Assembly: GCA_963693365.1 (NCBI GenBank) | Contig: CAVNZM010000012.1 | Span: 992,001-1,056,000 of the forward strand | Source: Amoebidium appalachense | Taxonomy: Eukaryota > Protista > Ichthyosporea | Length of the DNA stretch: 64,000 nt | Direction: 5' to 3' | Part shown: positions 55,493 through 64,000 of the stretch, in pieces | Layout: every line of letters starts with the position of its first letter | Numbering within the stretch: the first letter of the stretch is position 1 | The notes under the pieces: model-generated | The model's input: only the letters and a program-made list of their open reading frames with translations | Database searches by the model: none | Told to the model about the DNA's origin: nothing | Made by a program: the position numbers and the translations under genes

Positions 55493-56525
55493 ACTTAGTG
55501 CCATGGCCAGAGCACCATCTTGAGCCCACTACCATCACAATAAAAATAAGCACATCTGAGAAGTTGAATACACGTACAAGTAAGTAGTCGAGCTCGATAT
55601 TGGGCAGTTCAAACCGGAGATCAAGCGGAACCGGGATACTGTATCCCATGGAGCATGTCCCCATTTTCGAATGTGAGCAAATACTGTGAAGTGCACGTGG
55701 GCCCCGAAGAACTGCTAAAGCCGGGAAGAATATGTCGATCTATCAGATACTGATGATACAGAAGTGGTAGATTCTAGCTATGATCATGAAACTGTAGTGT
55801 GATTACTCTTCTTCAACCTCATCGGAACCACTCTAATTCTCGACGGCTGTATACTTCCTCATGCTCTCCTTTTCCCTCCCTCCCTCCCTCCCTCCCTCCC
55901 TCCCTCCCTCTGTCTCTCCCGTTTTCTCTCGCTTTCCTGCCTCTCTCCCTCTTGATCTCCCTAGTGTGTGCACATATACGATGATGTGGTGGCATGCACG
56001 TATATGTGGAGATGGAGGCCTAGGAAGAGGAACAAGTACAAGAACTCTACACCACGAATGATAACGACTCATGGCTTTAGGAACGAAACCATGGCATATG
56101 TGTACACATGTGTTCACGCACACAGTTGGATCCGCGGAGTTTCTGAAAAACTCTATAGGAAAAAAAAAAAAGACAAAAAGAAGAAAAGGAAGTAATAAAG
56201 GCATAAAAGGATCCATGGAGAGAAAGAAGCACAGACAAACGAGCTTTGTTGCCATTTGAAGTTCATAGCGATACTATTTATGTGCTTGTATGCATATGCA
56301 TGATGTTGCACACATTCAGTAGACAACTGGCGCTGGCCTGCAGCTCACCAGACAAGCTTCAGCTTGTACAGAACACACTACAACAGCTTCAACTTGTCAG
56401 AACACACTACAAATGGGCGTGTTTGGCATGTTGGCCAGCACTACACCAGAGATTTGTTAACCAAAATTGAACAAAATTAATTCAAAAACTGAACAAGACA
56501 ACGCATTGACCTAGCTATTCAGAGG

Positions 56526-56593
<68 letters not shown>

Positions 56594-57087
56594 CAGGTAA
56601 CCAACCAACCGGAAGGTGTAGTGTACATGCATACACCCCCCCACCTACAACCACCCACCCACATACACACATACACACACACACAGCCTTGGTGTAAGAC
56701 CAGCAGAGGATTTTCTAGATTGCCACAGCCACGTATTTAACATATTCAGTCAGAGGAAAGGTTACGGGGGACATTGAAACACATGAAAACCTTACAGGTA
56801 AGCCAAAATCAAAAGGGCTGATCGGCCCGGTATTCTTTGTCATTCTAGTATCTCTTGCAACGCAGAATGCCAAAAAAAAAAATATATATATAATAAAATA
56901 AATATATATGTATACACAAACCCGAACAATTCTTGCCAGCGGATAACTAAATATCCAATCAACCAGATAATGAAAATAATAAAAACATGGCTCATGTTGC
57001 CTGCTGAGATCCACCTTAGCTACCGCTGTGGTCGAAGTGTCGAGAGGTCACTATCCTCACAACTGCAGTGGCAGAGAGGAGGGGGAA

Positions 57088-57127
<40 letters not shown>

Positions 57128-57240
57128 GCAATGTCAGTTTACACAAAATGATTGCACGAAACACTTCAGTATTGATATGCATCCACCTCACACACACTGT
57201 ACAAACAAACAGCACAAATGCTTATAAGACAAGGACAGCT

Positions 57241-57280
<40 letters not shown>

Positions 57281-58175
57281 TGCAGCCGCTGCCGCCGTGT
57301 GCGTACATACACCATTACCATTACCTTGTGCCAACTTTGTACCATTGATGGACCACAAGCAACAAAACCCTCCGACCCCCAAATCCACCTGGTCACAGAT
57401 TCCTCCCCTCCTCCCCCCTCCTCCCTTCCCCCATGAAACGGAAAATGGGGGGGGGAGAGGGGGAGGGGACTTAGAAAGGGCAACTCAAACTGTGTTACGC
57501 GGGGGGTGGGGTTTGGGGGGGGGGGGGGGGGGGGGGGGGGGAGAGGGAGGGAGGGAGGGAGGGAGGGGGGCTACTTACACTTTTGAGAAACTCGTCTTCA
57601 ACCGATGGTTGTGCAGTCACGTTTGGATTCACAGCTGAAGGGGATAAAAGAAAAACCTTAAATTAGCCAGTACAAAACATATATTGCAACAAAAAAAAGC
57701 TGTTAAAGAAGAGGATGCACACACAGGGAAGATGTCAGAAAAGAAACAGGACAGGTCGACCATTAATGAAATACCGATAGAACCCACAGCAATCAACCCC
57801 CTCTCCTTCCTCCCCCCCGCCCCCCCCCCCCCTGCCCCTGCTCCCCCCCTTTTTTTCCCCTTTTCCTGCAGGGTGACTTAATGGGGCCTAGGGATGGCCA
57901 GCTAGGGGGGGGGGGGGGGGGGGATAACTTAGTTGTATGCTGTGTGGGAGGGATGGCGCGGGGGGGATAACTTAGTTGTATGCTGTGTGGGAGGGACAGC
58001 GCAATTAAATACACGGATAGACCAGCTACACACGGAAACCTCGAAAGGGGGGGAAGGGGGGTGTGGTGTATGTTGTATGTTGTGTGTGTGTTCTTTTTCC
58101 TCTTTCCTTTTTTCTTTTATCTTTTCTTTTCTTTTTTTTTTTTTTTTCTTTTTCTTTTTCTTTTTTTTTTTGGGT

Positions 58176-58212
<37 letters not shown>

Positions 58213-58396
58213 ACCATCTGCAAAGAGGACTTTATCGATCTCTTCATCAGCCTGGTCTCTTGCCTGGGCACGTTTGACCAAATTGGCTGCAGAATTGAAG
58301 TGGGTTACTTTTGTGAAACCCATCATATGCTAGAGATAGCAAGGAAACCCCCTGTGTGAACATGCACCTGCCGGGGGGAGGGGAGGGGGGGGGGTT

Positions 58397-58680
58397 TTGA
58401 ATGCGTCAAAAAGTACGAAGTACACAAGAACAAACGGATAACACGATGCAGAATGCAAGCCATACATAAAGAGTATGCATAATAAGCAGAGCCCATCCTC
58501 AGGGGGGGCCCACGTCATCCACAGTACCCGAGTTTCGACCTATTCCCCTCGTTAACGAAACCCAACTCAGATACTGTTTCACTTGAACATGAGTAGGTCA
58601 CCCGTCTTGATCAGAGACGAGCAGGGTTGCTTATGCAGGCAAGGGCAGTGGGAAAGGCCGGGGGTTAAAGTTGCAGCAGT
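58397..58680. repeat. Dispersed intronic repeat family copy
   Basis: TTGAATGCGTCAAAAAGTAC...GAGCCCATCCTCAGGG...; near-identical to 59177-59380 and 63841-64000. Confidence 0.85.
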
Positions 58681-59019
58681 AAGCAGAAGCAAGAAAAATA
58701 TAGATAGGAACTCAGGAGACGGGGCTTCTAGGAAGCTCCCCCGTCGATACCTAAGTCGATACTTGGGGGGGGGGGGGGGGGGGGGGCATTTAATCTGGCA
58801 GATATAATGGGAGGAGCAAAAAAGACCAAATGACCAAGACCCAGGCACCGGCAGCCGGGGCGGTTAGTACCGATGAAATGATACAGAAAGCTATTCAGAT
58901 ATTATCAACAAAGCGGGAGAAACAAACAGATGTACGGGAGCAGCTTTAAATCGAAGTCACTACGAGGAGGATATCAACTGTGCCTGCTGAAAAAAAAAAA
59001 GAGCACGGTGCTTGTACAT

Positions 59020-59060
<41 letters not shown>

Positions 59061-59143
59061 TGCACAAAAGGTTTTAATAACGAAGGACGGAGGCGCAAAG
59101 TCACGGGAGAGCGCAGGAAGGGCTGGAGGGGGGAGGAAAAGGT

Positions 59144-59176
<33 letters not shown>

Positions 59177-59177
<1 letters not shown>

Positions 59178-59380
59178 TGAATGCGTCATAAAGTACAAAG
59201 TACACAAGAACAACGGATAACACGATGCAGAATGCAAACCATACATAAAGAGTATGCATAATAAGCAGAGCCCATCCTCAGGGGGGGCCCACGTCATCCA
59301 CAGTACCCGAGTTTCGACCTATTCACCTCGTTAACGAAACCCAACTCAGATAATGTTTCACTTGAACATGGGTAGGTCAC
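59177..59380. repeat. Dispersed intronic repeat family copy
   Basis: Near-identical to 58397-58600. Confidence 0.85.
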
Positions 59381-59394
59381 AAGGAGGGGGAGGG

Positions 59395-59431
<37 letters not shown>

Positions 59432-59490
59432 GGGGGGGGGGGGGGGGAGGGGGGGGAGGAAGGGTAGGGGGGAGGGGGAAATGCACGTAC

Positions 59491-63316
<3,826 letters not shown>

Positions 63317-63368
63317 CTGTGTTTGTACGTGTGTGTGGTGGGTGGGTAAGGTGGGGCAGGCCCGGGGG

Positions 63369-63418
<50 letters not shown>

Positions 63419-63587
63419 GGGGGGGGGGGGAGGGTAAGTGTGTGTGAGTGATGGTGTATGTGATGGTGTGTGATGGTGCGTGTGTGTGTGTGTGCCCGCG
63501 CATGTGTTTGTGTGTGTGTGTGTGTGTGTGCGTGCATGTGCGTGTGTGTGTGCGTGTGCGTGTGCGTGTGCGTGTGCGTGTGCGTGT

Positions 63588-63648
<61 letters not shown>

Positions 63649-63840
63649 GTGTGTTTGTGTGTGTGTGTGTGAGTGTGTGCGTGCGCACGTGTTCATGTGC
63701 GAGTGTTTTCAGGAGAGTTGATTCAGTTGAAGGGTTGGTCAACCGAGGGGCATTAGACGTGAGGAAAGGGACAATGGCCCTTTTTTTTTGGGGGGGGGGG
63801 GGGGGGGAAGAGGGGGGGGGAGAGGGGGGGGGGGGGGGGG

Positions 63841-64000
63841 TTGAATGCGTCAAAAAGTACGAAGTACACAAGAACAAACGGATAACACGATGCAGAATGC
63901 AAGCCATACATAAAGAGTATGCATAATAAGCAGAGCCCATCCTCAGGGGGGGCCCACGTCATCCACAGTACCCGAGTTTCGACCTATTCCCCTCGTTAAC
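63841..64000. repeat. Dispersed intronic repeat family copy (runs off the window)
   Basis: Near-identical to 58398-58557. Confidence 0.85.

Noticed and set aside
43087-55664. Many ORFs of poly-Pro, poly-Gly, (HT)n or (CV)n
   Set aside because: Translations of intronic homopolymers and microsatellites.
55590-58990. Exon-like islands on the minus strand downstream of the PPR exons (e.g. 58214-58329, 57578-57633)
   Set aside because: They are probably coding, but phases and product could not be resolved, so they are not annotated.

Overview
Eukaryotic genomic DNA with introns rich in poly-G/C and (CA)n. A tyrosine-kinase-type domain points to a holozoan, possibly ichthyosporean, host (inference). 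The main feature is a complete 28,844-bp endogenous Polinton-like DNA virus at 8791-37634. It has 460/465-bp terminal inverted repeats, ACTAC...GTAGT ends and a 5-bp GCTCC target-site duplication. It encodes a protein-primed PolB polyprotein, an rve integrase, an A32-like packaging ATPase, a PLV-type major capsid protein, a penton, a VLTF3-like transcription factor, a Dam-family adenine methyltransferase, three proteins sharing a fibre-anchor N-terminus, a 7-TM protein with an opsin-like layout but no retinal lysine, a candidate SSB and several orphans. Six viral genes are split by 1-nt frameshifts in or next to homopolymer runs, which are probably sequencing errors. A defective pogo-like transposon (6189-8754) ends 36 bp from the virus. 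Host genes: a PTPMT1-like phosphatase (+), a tyrosine kinase C-lobe (-), a PQ-loop transporter (-) and a PPR protein (-). There is also a MITE and a dispersed intronic repeat family. All protein assignments come from motif recognition by eye; no database searches were run.
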